This document shows positions 40,380 through 53,200 of a stretch of 64,000 nt of DNA, piece by piece (position 1 is the stretch's first letter; each line of letters begins with the position of its first letter). Under the pieces are notes generated by a model that had not been told where the DNA came from, did no database searches, and saw only the letters and a list, made by a program, of their open reading frames with translations. This DNA is from Thalia democratica. Its lineage: Eukaryota. The position numbers and the translations under genes were made by a program. Location of the stretch: assembly GCA_965202585.1 (NCBI GenBank), contig OZ241830.1, positions 37,882,001 through 37,946,000 on the forward strand, given 5' to 3'.

Positions 40380-41016
40380 ACCATCGCAAAATTATTCGCT
40401 TTGTTCGGCTCTGAACTTCAAAGCGACTGCTATATTCAGTCGCCTTTTTATATATTGAGTGCTTTGCTGTACCTTGCGTATTTTCTAGCGTAACCGCTAC
40501 TCTGCTTCACTCTCTTCGATTGAAGCTCTCTACTAGAAACGCATCGCTTTAATCAATTCATTTATACACTCAAACGTACTTTTTGGGCAGAATCAAATCA
40601 GAGCTCGTACGGTCACTGTATCGAAGTAGCGCTTTTTTCTTTCAGACGGTATGCGCCATCGTTTCAACCAAAATTTTCTCCCGCTACTCTTTCAATAAGG
40701 TCTGCTATAACACCTTTAAAACTCCTGCTGCATCGCCCGTCTGCTTCATACTGTCGCCTCTACGTGCGCCTGCTTGCAGTTTGGCACCTTTTAAGCTTGC
40801 AACTGCTACCACCATCTTCACTGACTATACACTGTAAATTTGGGACTGCCTTACGCTTTGGCTTTCTTTCGACGGTACGTGCCATGCTTTCTGCTCTCGC
40901 TTTACCTTCCCTCGCTACTTGTTCAGTCAGGTCTGCTATACTACCTTTAACTGCCAGCTTCGCTCTTTCGACGTCGGATTGAGTCGACGGCCGCGACGAC
41001 TATAGCTATATGCCTG
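40380..41016 (-). pseudogene. Degenerate coding relic with an internal ~231-bp duplication (probable TE remnant)
   Basis: Minus frame ..VERAKLAVKGSIADLTEQVAREGKARAESMARTVERK.. is repeated as SFKGVIADLIERVAGE..; several stops and frameshifts; ggtctgctata at 40699 and 40930. Confidence 0.3.
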
Positions 41017-41838
41017 CAAAAACACTAACAGTTAACCCGCCTTGACGACGTCTACCCGCTAGACGTCTAAGGGATTTTATCATTAAAGCTTTACATTGAA
41101 AAATCCCTAAGCTGACTAGGTCGTCAGCTTGCTTTATTGCACGTTCAAGTGCCTTTCTTAATAGTGTAACATTAAGCATACGCGTATGATGCTCAAATGT
41201 AGCTGTTACTAATTCTTTCTTAGGCTACCTCAAGAGAGTCAAATTTTATATTTTTCTTCTACTTATTTTTCCACATATACTTATCGACACCTATAATATA
41301 CTTCTATAAAACTATAATAACAAATGGGGTTAAACAATACTTATTACAAAATTAGACATAAACTATTTGTAAATTTAACAGTAAAAAAACAAGAAAAGTT
41401 AAAGTTTATAGAACTGCAGTAAACATAGCGTTGTTTTTTAGGTTTGAAGTACATTTTTAAGTTTGTTGATATAACACATTTAGAATTTTAAAATTTACTT
41501 ACATAAGCAGCTCAAACGTACTTTTAATGGCGATTTTGATTTCTTTGTTTAAAACATATAGTAAAATATTATTTATTTAATATTTTGAATATCAGAAGTT
41601 TGCTTATGCACATATTAAGTTTTAAAACTATTTGATAAAGCTTTAGTTAGCTATTACAACAAAGTAGGTTTAAATTTCATAACTTTTGTACTATAATGCT
41701 TTAAATAACAGTCATTTTTAATATATTAGTTTTGATTCATATAAACAGTTAGCTCAAAAGTACTTTTGGAAAATTTTAATTCAATAAGAGTAAGGTTGTC
41801 ATTTTTACATACTTGTATATTTGTCTGATTGATATAAA

Positions 41839-42834
41839 AAATTGATATAAGAAGCTATGAGGATTTGTGCAGATACATGATTGAACACAAGTATGCGCCC
41901 GAGATGGGCGGAAAGATGAAAGAAAGTAATTTTTTATATATATTTTTTTTTCAATTAAGTTTTTTCAAGCACCTTAAAGTTGATGACGAATGATGATCCC
42001 CACCGGCAGCTCTTTCAAGTTTTAGATCGGATAATCGAGTTTGACGAAAACGGCAATTTCAAGAACTCGTCCGTCCAACCTTCAAAACTCCAGCCTCTAG
42101 TAGCCAACTGGAAATTGACCTTGCACGATCTGCCGTTGGCGGCCTTAGACCAAGCTTCCCAAAAAGCTCAGCCTGACAAGGGCTTGGACGAGATCTCGTT
42201 GGGCCTTGAATTCGGAAAGTCAGCATACGACTCGAGCGTGTATCTGTACAATAAAATGACGCAATACGACGTGACAACCAGCAGACACAATGTTCTGAGA
42301 AACGATAAACCTAATGGTGATGAAAATCCCGAAGATGAATATAGTAGTTTAGCTAAATTTTTAGATATGATCAACTGGGATTATAACAAATCGGTTGCTG
42401 AAAATTTTAAAAACTACATTTTATTTGATACTTTTTTCGTATCTTTTTCAAAAATATGCGTTACAATCTCTGCAGCATGTATCGCAGTGATTATCTCAAG
42501 TTTTTTAATGCAAGGAACGTGGTACAACTGTCACAAGTTCATCAAGAACATTAGTGAGTCGCGAAAGGAAATTCGAGAAAAGAACGAAATGAGCAGGTTT
42601 TTGTTGGGGAAAGAAGGAAGCTCGGATGAGGAAAGCTCATACGACTCCGAAGATTCCTCAAGTGATGACTACAGTGATAGCGAAGACTACAGTGATAGCG
42701 ATGACTATAGTGATAGCGACACTGACTTTTCCACTGATAGTGATGAGATCACTGATAGTGATTACGATAGCGATAGTGATGACGACAGCGACAGTTATTT
42801 TGACAGTGAAAACTCATCATCATCTGAAGACTAG
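41839..42834 (+). pseudogene. gB-like A': copy of A with its 5' part missing and a ~3.3 kb internal deletion
   Basis: 41839-41981 matches A 17599-17740 (end of exon 2 plus start of intron 2) and is fused directly to sequence matching A 21084 onward (mid exon 7). No signal peptide or exons 3-6. Confidence 0.85.
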
Positions 42835-45800
42835 ATCATCGTTAAAAGTAATTATTTTTTAGTTTAAAACTAACTGATTTACTTGTTTTTTTTTTGCGAA
42901 TAAATATAATATATAATTAAAAACTATATGTTGTACTCCCTAACGTAAAAATTTACGAAGACATATTATTAAGCTACGTAAATTATTTTGTTTCAAACAT
43001 GAAGTAATTTTAAACTACATTAATCTCACTAATTCGTGTACCTCATTTTATACGTTTATTATTTCGTTCTTATTCCTTCTTAGACGCTAATGTGAAACCT
43101 TTTTGTTTGAAAATATAATAGTCCATATAATTACAAAAACTTATAACAGTTTTATAGCGTGAAAATTTCTGAAAAGTTGAAGTTTAAACAACATTTTTTA
43201 TATAAATAAGTTTGAAAAGTTTTAGTGCTAACCTGGATTATGTTTAATTTGGCTTTCTACAGTTATAAACCTATTTATAAATATTTCTTTTAGTAGTTGC
43301 TAATACAAAAATGAACACTTTAAAATTAGTACTGTTCAACCTTAATGCTTAACTCCTTGGTACAACATTCGTGGTTATAAATAAAATTTAAACCAAATGG
43401 TAAATTTAAAATAAAAAATAAGTCTAGCTATTCTTAATTTGTACACCTGAGACATAAAAGTTCTGGCTTAACTAAAGTGAAATTTTTTTCATGATTGTAG
43501 CTAGATACTACATCTAAAATGAATAACGTCGTCAATTTTTTATAGTTTCTCTCTGATAGATAGCCTACTGGTAATACCAAACATATTTATTTCTTTAGCA
43601 CTAACATAATAATGTACAACTTCTTAACTGAAAAAGAGCACTATAGTGAAAAGCACGTTTCAGACGATTTACCATCGTCTTCAAATCAACAGTGATGTAG
43701 AGCAAATCAAACTGGAAAATATTCTTTCACATGGCAAGAATGTTTTTCTTTAAAAAAAAATTCGCCAATACAGCCTTTTAAATTACGAATTTGAAACTCT
43801 TTTAGGCAAACGATCATCTACAGTGTAAGTTAAAAAAGATTGAACGTAGTTTAAAGTTAAATTTTTTTCTAATAAAATTGTTCAATTTTTTTTTATTTCG
43901 CTTGTTACTACTTTACAAATCCTATTTTCAACCCAAATATTAAAACATCTTTAAAAAAGTAAACAACAACAATTTTCAAAATGGTCTGCTTTATCAAACT
44001 TACGTACATTTGCCTGCGTTGAACAAACACGAAAGTTTAACGGAGTTTTTTTTAACTTTCTGAGTTGTACTTTATGGTCTTCTAAACAAACGGTGAATCT
44101 GTTTTGTTATTTTGAGACCTTAAAACGCACGTCAGTTCAGTGAAACAAAAACTTTGCAGTTTTTCGTTTCTGCCATACACCAGCCAGCCTGTTTCGTTTA
44201 GATATTTTTCGACTAACATACTAGCAATGACTGTTTCAAAAGTTTGTTTAAAGAAACCTGGAGCTTCGCGTGTGCTTGCACACTTTTTAAGACGACTCAC
44301 TTCCGCAACCACCGAACAATGCTGATATTCAGCAATGCGGCGTCATCGCTCGCAGTGTTTCGTCGGTGCGCGTTGTGCGGGCGCGTACGGATCTTCATTT
44401 TGCATGAAGTTTTCCTGCGGTACGACGCATGTGGTTTGTTTTTAACAAACGCTTGGTTCGATGCGCGTTTCTTTTGCGGTCGTCGAGTGCCCCTGAAAAA
44501 CGCGGCAAAGTGGTCTGCTGCGACGGGTGTCCGGGTCGTTGCGACCTCAGAGAACTGAAGGTTTGATTGTAACTAGCAACTGTTGAAGTGTGATAAGCCG
44601 TTTGTCGAACAAATTTTTACTTGAAGGCTTAATCGGTTGCACTCCAGTGTTCAAGTTCTATTTTTAGCTCAGTTGAAATTCCCCGTATAAAATGTTCATA
44701 ACCGTACTTTAAACTTACTTAGAAAATGCAAACGCATGCTAAAGATAATTTAATGAATTTTTGTTGTTTAAAATTTTCAAAAGTTAGATTAGATTTTTAG
44801 TTGCGGGCCCACTGTGTATTTATTTTAACTCCTTTTGATATTTATAGTTTAAATTGTTACTTAGTCTTTTGTATTTTACGAAAAATATTTTTCATGAGTT
44901 TTTATCCAATGCACAACTTTACAAATAAGAATTATCAAATTAAGAAAGAATTAAATACTAATACTAAGCTTTCATAGTTTTGAATGTATCTTATTGTTTA
45001 AGTTTATTATGATTTCAAAAAAATTAGTCATAACTTATTGTGTTACTATTATTAAACTGTTTATGTGAATAATATCGCATGTTTTTTTCTACTTATTTTG
45101 AAACACATTCAGTAAAATTTTACTTTACATACTACAAACTAAACTGAGTCCGTATTGCTTTTTATTTAAACTGTGTCATTTGGCATACGTACTTTAAATT
45201 AAAGTAACATTCGAATTAAAGTAATAGTACAATAACTAAGTAACCGACAGAATGTCACTATACTAAAAATAACAGTTTCACTTAAGTATCTAAACGCATC
45301 TCGGACAACTATGCTTTTTTGTTTCAACTAAAAATGGAAATTGTATTTGGCTTTAAGTTTTGTAGTTATAAAATTAAAAAGAAAGAAAGCGATACATGTA
45401 GTAAGTATTTACACGTAACTTCATCAAATAGTTTTTATGTAGTTAATTCATTAACTATAGAAATCTTCAAATACAACTTAGAGTTTATCACAATGTTTAT
45501 TATGGTAAAATTTTAAAAATAGCTATTGTGTTTGAAAAATTGTATCGAACTTTTAATTAGAATTTCAATTGCGGCTGATAATTTATTATTATTTTAAGCA
45601 AAGTTGTTGTAGATTAAAAAATAGTGATTTTAAAATTAAATTGAAGAAAAAATTTAAACAACTTACTTATAACATCGGTTTACAATTAAGTTTCTTGATG
45701 AAATTAAATTTCAGATTAAACACAATCTCCTATTTTAAAAGTTTTAAATCTTTCAGAGTTGTTGAAATAGTTATCAAAATACATTCATCAAATCAGAAGT

Positions 45801-45942
45801 GATTAGCTAGGCATATAAGATTAAATTTTCATAATTTCCATTTAGCGAACTTATCCAAAAACATTTATGATTATCTTAATTTTAGATTAGATTGGATTAA
45901 ATTATAAAATTAAAAACTCACAATACTTCGCAAATAAATACC

Positions 45943-46070
45943 ATGCTGCCATCAAGGAGATCTAAGGTTTTTTTTGTCACACTAGCTGTGGCACTTTTTT
46001 GTGAAAGTGTTTTTCTCTAAAATAACGTGCGACACTTTGTTAAGACAAAGCTAAGACCTTCAAGGCAGAC
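45943..46070 (+). pseudogene. Relic first exon of gB-like paralogue (duplicate of 25088-25216)
   Basis: aacgtgcgacactttgtt..gctaagaccttcaaggcagac|GTGAGTTTTG. Confidence 0.7.
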
Positions 46071-47541
46071 GTGAGTTTTGTTAACTGTGAGTGGCGTAAC
46101 GATATCAAGTGACAAAATGTATAAGTTTAAATCAAACTTATTTTTAAACTGATAGAATAAGTGTAAGCTAGTCAAGCTAATGATAACAGCAAATATTTTT
46201 GCAAAAATTCTATACTGGGCAGTTATATAAAAAACAGCTTTAAGACTTTTTTTGTATACGGTTTACTAGATATTTTTATCAAATTTTGTGAAATTAAAAT
46301 TTTAGACATAGTTTCATTATGGTCTCAGTCGTACTTTTTACTAGTAAAAATTGTTTGAAAATCATTCTACTTATTTAAAACTTTGTACTAGTTTAATTTA
46401 TTGCTCAAACTAATATATAAAACGACTTTAAAAGATATTTTTTGCGGTTGCACGACTTTTAAATTTTGAATAAATAAAATTCCGTTTATTCAAATACTAT
46501 AAAAAAAATTAAGTCCACAACTCAAAAAGTAAAATATTTTTATTATAATGTACAAGCAGGCCTAAGAGATACCTACAAACCTTTTCTTTGAAAAGATTTA
46601 AATAATCTTGAAGTTACGGTTAAAATAATTTTTAAAATATAGATATTTTTATTAGTTAGTAAAGTTTTATTTTAGAAAATATTTATTTGCAAAAACGAAA
46701 AGTTTTTCTTAGACCTACATACGCACTTTTTATTTCGTTTAAACATATATTACTTTTCGAGTTGTGGCCTTTAAACATTTTTTTCAGAACTTATATGTCT
46801 AAATTTGAATTCTTATGTAACCATTTTAATGCTATAATAAAGACTAAAATATTTTAATTTCAAATTCTAATGATGTCAAAAGTTAGTCATAGCCTTATGT
46901 TTTTAATGTAACAAACAAAAAATTTAAAGTTTACGTTAAAAAAAAATGTTTTGTAAAACATACGAATGACTTTATATTTTGTGCGTTTACTTATTTTAAA
47001 ACTTACATAGTAATTTATAAAAAAGTTTAACTGATCTTAGTATTTTTTGTTGTGAATAAGATTGTTATTGACTAAAATATTTACATTATGTTTAAACTAA
47101 TTCAAAGTAGTTTAAAACGGTCGCACGACAATTGAGATTAGGATAATTCAATTTCGGACAGCTCAAATTTATATTAAACTGCCACAACTTAAAAGAATGA
47201 ACATTTGAAATAAATTATTTCTTTTTGAGATATTGTCTCTTAAATATTTATTTTAGAAGTTGAATTGTAAGAAGTTTAATAGTCTAAATTTGAGTTGTCA
47301 TTTAACCATTTAAAAAATTATGGCTTGCATGATTACATGTAGTTTTTACAATTATTTGACTCGATTAGTTACAGCTTAAAAAAATCACTTTCGGCTAAGT
47401 AGGTCTTACTTAAATTTAAACTCCTTATCAATTAAAAAAACGAAATTTTTAGACTAAATGCAATATCAAGATCTTAAATTTTAAAAACTAAGCAGAAGAT
47501 AATTGCTCCTGTCAACTTTAGGCAGACGTTTTAAATATACT

Positions 47542-50500
47542 ATGAAAGCGCTTTTTTTAACCATGCTGCTGCATTTCGGAGGGCTGGGTTCTTCCTCCAT
47601 GTTCGAAGGGAGCAGGGAGGTGGTGAAGTTGCAAAACATGGCTTACTGCCCGACCAACAAGGTCAAGGAAAGCTTGGAGCTCAACGTACCGCCGAAAAAA
47701 ACGTGCGACACTTTGTTGGCAGCCAACGAAGCTAAGACCTTCAAGGCCGACGTGAGTTTTGAATGTTTTGAAAATTTGGCAAAGTTGGTCTTAAACTAAA
47801 AATTTTTTGTAACCTTGGTTGTGTTTATTAGTTAATCACGTGTGCTAAAACTGACCTTGAGTGTGCTCTTACTAAGAGTTGTTTGAAACTGAGAAACGTA
47901 GTGTTTGTTGTATGAGGGGGTTTATGTGATTTGTAAAATTTTTTTTTAACAAACTACTATAGTTTCATAAGTATTTTCGTATAAAAATGTAGTCGCTTAA
48001 GTAAATCTAGGTGGTTTAGTACACAAAAATAGTACTTGATTACTATCATAATTTGAAATACAAGTTTTAGGTAAATCGGTTTAGAAAAAAAAGTGCTAAA
48101 TCTAGAATGCGTAATGACACTAATTTGTTTTTTTAAATCAAGTTTTTATTTTTGTAGTAGTATTTTGTAATTAAATATAAAGTTGGTAATTTATTTTTAT
48201 TTTTATATAATTAGCTCATGCATACGTTTAGTTTTTAGATCAAAAGTTTGAACTCTCAACAATTGTACTTGAGTAATAACCTAATTATAACTTTAATTTA
48301 TAAGTTTTTTTTTTCAAGATTTATTCTGGGAACGGGACACTTTTGCACAGCGTCACTTTTGTACGAGTGGACAATTTTGCACAGCAACTCTTTTGAACGA
48401 GCGTCACTTTAGCACGAGGGGATACTTTTGCACGGCGTCACTATTGCACGAGAGTAAAACAAATATATAAAACAAAATAAAACACGAATTTAATAAAAAC
48501 AAACTGTTTAAAAAAAAGTTACTAATTGAGGGTAAGGGTTAGCGGTAACAGTGTTAGTAAATATAAAAAAGAAATAAATTTAAAATAAAAGAATAAAAAA
48601 TAAAAATATAAACTAATAAAAAGAAAAAAAAAAGTTAAAAAAAAATACCGACCAAAGGTAAGGGTTAGGGGTAACAGTGATAGAAAAAAAAACATACAAC
48701 TAATCAAAAAAAAACAGGAAAATAATATTAAGTCATAAAAATAAATTATAAAAATTAAAAAAAAATATATGATAAAATTACCGATCGAGGGGTAAGGGTT
48801 AAAGGTAATAGTGATAACAATAAATAAAGTAAAACGTTTTTTTTCAACCTGTGCAAAAGTGTCCCCTCGTGCTAAAATGACGCTCTGTGCAACAGTGACG
48901 CCGTGCAAAAGTGTCCCCTAGTGCTAAAGTGACTCTCATGCAAAAGAGTCGCCATGCAATAGTGACACCCACCCTTTATTCTAAAGAGCTAAAGGCTGTA
49001 AGAAAACTCACATTTTTTTGAAAATAAAAACACTTTGAACAATTTATTTTTTAAATATCATCTTAAAAATTCCTACTTTAAACTATTTAAAGCAGTAAAT
49101 AGCAACTGGTAGTTTGTTTGAAAACATGTAAAATACTGTTTGTAAAAATAGAATTTATTACATTAAGCTTATTTTATAATTGCGAATTAATCACTACATT
49201 ACATACACCAACTTGAAGTTATGCATAATTATTGAAAGAAGTTATACACTTGCAACAAACTACCAGTTTAAATACTCTTTAAAACTAAAAACTTGCTGAA
49301 GACTTAAAAAGGACGTGCAAAAACACAGAAAAAATTTGCGCGCTTTTTAACGCTTGTCGTGCTTACAATCGTACGTACGTCTACAAAAAAAAGACATACT
49401 GAACAAAAAACAGCTTAGCGTAATTTTATTGATCTGTATAAAAAAATTTTTATGACGTCATCTACCGTTTTTCCGCACAGCTGTTCGTGCCCATGAGCGT
49501 CCACCAGACCTACGAGGTCTACTCGTGCAAGATACCGTACTTCTACGAGTTCCAAACCTACTACTTGTGGTCCATGCAAAACAAGGACCCGGTCCACGAC
49601 GCGGCGCTCAACGCCATCCTCCACGACCACTACTTCAAGGTGCAGGGCAACGACGGGTACTTCCAGGAGCTGGCGAGGAACCTGACCGAGGACGCGAGAA
49701 ACAAGGACCACAACAAGGAGTTGTTCGAGGAAGACCCGTACTTGTTGAGGTTCAAGAACAAGTGGCACGAGCTGGGAATGAGGAGGTTCGAGGACGTGTG
49801 CAGGCACTGGGTCGAGCACAAGGCGGCGCCGGCTTTTGGCGGGAAAATGAAAGAAAGTTTGTTTTATGTTTTGTAGTTAGATCTTTAAAACAAACCGCCT
49901 GAAAGAAACGTACCAAACAATTTTTTTCAAAGCTTTCGCTGTTTAAGAAAAACTATCAATAAAAACTGCCTTTAACAAAAAATAAAACATGCACATGCAA
50001 CGAAAGTTTTCATTTTGGCCCCTCCGTATTAACTCACTGCAATTTAACGCGTTTCACGAGTTGATATTTACTTTGTCTTTCAACCACACGGCCGTTTGTT
50101 TCGATTCGCAACACTTTGCATTTTCAAAAGCGCTTGTTGATTCGCAGTAGGCCACAACCAGTGGAGCGTGACGCACAGTGCGGAGCGGGTGCATCACGAG
50201 GATTACGACTGCGACTACTTGGGTCTCAAAAAAATAAACTGCGTGCTGTGGCAGAGGACGTACGTGGCGCGGCTGGAGGTGGTCCACATCAAGTACAACC
50301 CGGTCAAAAAGGAGATCATCGTGCCTCTGGGCGAGCAAGACAAAAAGGCCCGGTGCACGTGGACGCGTGAGGAAGACGGCAAAGAGGTCGTGAAGTACTG
50401 CCAGTTAGTTTTGTTCCGAGTTATAAAAAAACTGATTAATTGATGACTTGATTATTTTTGTTTGCACGTAGTTGTTTTACAGTAAATAAGTAAGAAATAT

Positions 50501-53200
50501 TCTCTTAAAGCACCTTTAGTTCTTGACGAATTTTCAGTTACCTAGTATGTTTTAAACACGTCAGTTATTTAAGCTAAAATCTTATAAACAATGAAGTTGT
50601 TCTAAAAATTTTTTTTAAACACAAATTATTCTTTAAACTAAATTCGACTGACAGCTTTCAACAATCAAAATATAGTTGATTCAAAAACATTGTCATAAAA
50701 CAAAATTGTTTGTTTAATTTTGTCTCAATTAAATTTTAGGACAGATACGAGCATGTACGTGTTTTCCGAATATGATAAAGAGGGAAATAAGGTTGATCTG
50801 CCAGATAGAAATGGTTGTGCGAAATACGACTTGAAGATGGCTGAAGATACGGAAATCCAGCTTTTTTCTTCCAACGACGGAGGGCCCCCCACCATGGTTA
50901 TTCCAGAGCATGACATGTTTATCAGGGACTTCAGAACGTGTCCCGAACGCGTCAGGTAGCAAAATTTTCTAAGCGATTTGTTTTTAACTAATTTGTCTTA
51001 ATTAGTTAATACTTTGTAGGTATAACAAATAAATAAACAAGGTTCTAAGTATACAGAACTTTTGTAACAAAATTTATTTAATGAACCAGTTTTAGTTTGA
51101 AAAAGAAATGATAGTTTCATGATTTCATCTATAAACAGCCAATAAACTAAAGCACCAACTATATTTTAGCACAACTAATAAAAAAAAAAGAAAACTTTTA
51201 ATAAAAAACATTAAAAAAAGCTAAATTTAGTTTCAAAAATTTTTAAAAGGCCGTCTTAGCATTGTATGATAGTAAAGTTTTTAATAGACTCTAAGCTTTT
51301 TGAAGTGTTTTCTGTCACATAGCGTTATGTCAATATATAATGTATTATTGATTAAATTTAGGAAATGCCATGGAGACTACGAGACAATGCTGTGTACATC
51401 GGATGGACACTTGATTGCTTCAAAAGAATTTACTAAAGAACTTGCAGATATAAAATTGGGAAGAGCCGTCAAAAGAGACGCAGATCAGGTTTTAACAGCT
51501 TTATTTGACACTAATCAGAGTTTTTTGTTACCCTTTATTCACAGATAATTCAAAGCTACTTTGGTTATGTCAGCAAACACTAATGCAATCAAATATTTTT
51601 TTTTGAACAACATTTGTTCAACACTAGGGCGACGCAAATTTAAATAAAAACCAGCTACTGTTTTAATTTTATTGCTGCAATTTAAAAGTTTTTAATATGT
51701 AGTTCATTATAAACCTTGAAAAATTTTGTTAAAACTGAAACGTTTTTAGTTTAGCAAGGTGTTTCTTACTGGCTTTATTTTAAAACACAATTATCCACAG
51801 AAAGACACATCCCCGTTCGTGAACAACATGATTTCGTCAATCGAGAACGACATAAACTTAGACTTACAACAGCAAGTAAACTACATTGCCTACAAAAACT
51901 GCTTGGATCAAATCGACACGCACTTCACGCTGAAGTTGGCGGCCGAACACGACCCAACGAACGTAATGAGCATTTTTAGTTTTCGTATTTTTTTTTTGCG
52001 GCGCACGAAACACATCGAGCAGTGCGAAATGTGCTCGAACTCGAGTAAACCTCTTTTTATTTTCAGGTGGCGCGAATAGTGACGGGGGACAAAGGGCTGG
52101 CCGCCGGTCACCAGCCTTCGGGAACGCTGAGCGTGTACGACGGTTGCGTGCGAGTGGACGCTGTTTTGCGAGGCAGCCTGAAAATCGATAACAGGGACGA
52201 CGGGCGCGTGCGCATCGCGAGCCGGCCGGTCGTCAGCTTCGTGGCGGAGCGCGGCAAGCCGCCGGTCCTCGGCCAGCTCATGGAGGGCGGGTGGTTGAAG
52301 AAGGGCATCACCCGCTTCACGACGAAGGGGGAGCCCCACCGGCAGATATTCCAGTTTCAGGAGCACGTGTTCGAGTACGACGCCAACGGCGAGTACGTGG
52401 GCGAGACGGCGAAGCCGCTGTTTCTCGAGCCCCAGATAACCAACTGGAACTGGACCAGGTACGAGCTGTCCACCCCGAGCCTGCTGCAAATGTCCCGCAA
52501 CGCTCAGCCCGAAAAGGGCCTGGACGACGTTTCGTTGACGGTTGCGTACGGGCGCGCTGCGCACGAATTAAGCAAGAAACTGCACAGGGGAGTCGACCCG
52601 TACGACGTGACGGCCAGAAGGCATGACGTTACGAAGGATTATCCGACAATCAAAGAAGACAGTACTTTAAATAAAATTTTGAAGTGGCTTAATTGGGACG
52701 TGAATTACAGTCCCCTTAAGAATCTGAAGAGAATTGTGCTGTTTTGGCCGGCGTTCGTTAAGTTTACAAAAGTATGTGTTACGGCCATGGCGGCGACTAT
52801 CGGAGTGGTTATCACGTGCCACATATTGAAAACGACGTGGTATAACTGCTATAAGCTCACCAGCAGCATCAGGGAGTCGCGGGAGGAAATTCGAGAGAAG
52901 AACGAAATGAGCAGGTTTTTGTTGGGGAAAGAAGGAAGCTCGGATGAGGAAAGCTCATACGACTCCGAAGATTCCTCAAGTGATGACTACAGTGATAGCG
53001 AAGACTACAGTGATAGCGATGACTACAGTGATAGCGATGACTATAGTGATAGCGATGACTACAGTGATAGCGATGACTATAGTAAAACTGAGTCCTCTAG
53101 CGGCAGTGATGACGCCAGCGAAAGTGATGACGTTAGCGACATAGATGACGTCAGTGGTAGTAATGGAGAAAGTGAAAGCTCATCATCAGCTGAAGATTAG
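47542..53200 (+). CDS. gB-like class III fusion glycoprotein, paralogue C (7 coding exons, about 826 aa)
   Basis: Exons 47542-47751, 49481-49856, 50148-50403, 50740-50955, 51362-51488, 51801-51962, 52067-53200. Intron positions and phases match A; open frame of 2481 nt. Signal peptide MKALFLTMLLHFGGLGSS; SRPVVSF..VLGQLMEGG..PHRQIFQF; TM VCVTAMAATIGVVITCHIL; acidic DYSDSD tail. Confidence 0.85.
48328..48974. mobile_element. Merlin-like non-autonomous transposon in intron 1 of C (same insertion as 28057-28680)
   Basis: TSD TTTATTCT at 48320-48327 and 48975-48982; same structure as the copy in B. Confidence 0.7.

Larger units (their letters stand above)
41985..50257 (+). repeat. Segmental duplication, copy 2 (pairs with 21084-29926)
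   Basis: Collinear near-identity; the ORF track shows paired near-identical ORFs, e.g. 23372/44244, 26698/47503, 29114/49487. Confidence 0.9.

Noticed and set aside
48522-48908. 128-aa hydrophobic ORF
   Set aside because: Low-complexity F/L/Y translation of the AT-rich transposon interior.
51460-51488. Canonical furin site in the gB cleavage region
   Set aside because: C has GRAVKR (dibasic, but P4 is Ala) and A has KAVQR; neither fits R-x-K/R-R, so cleavage is not supported.
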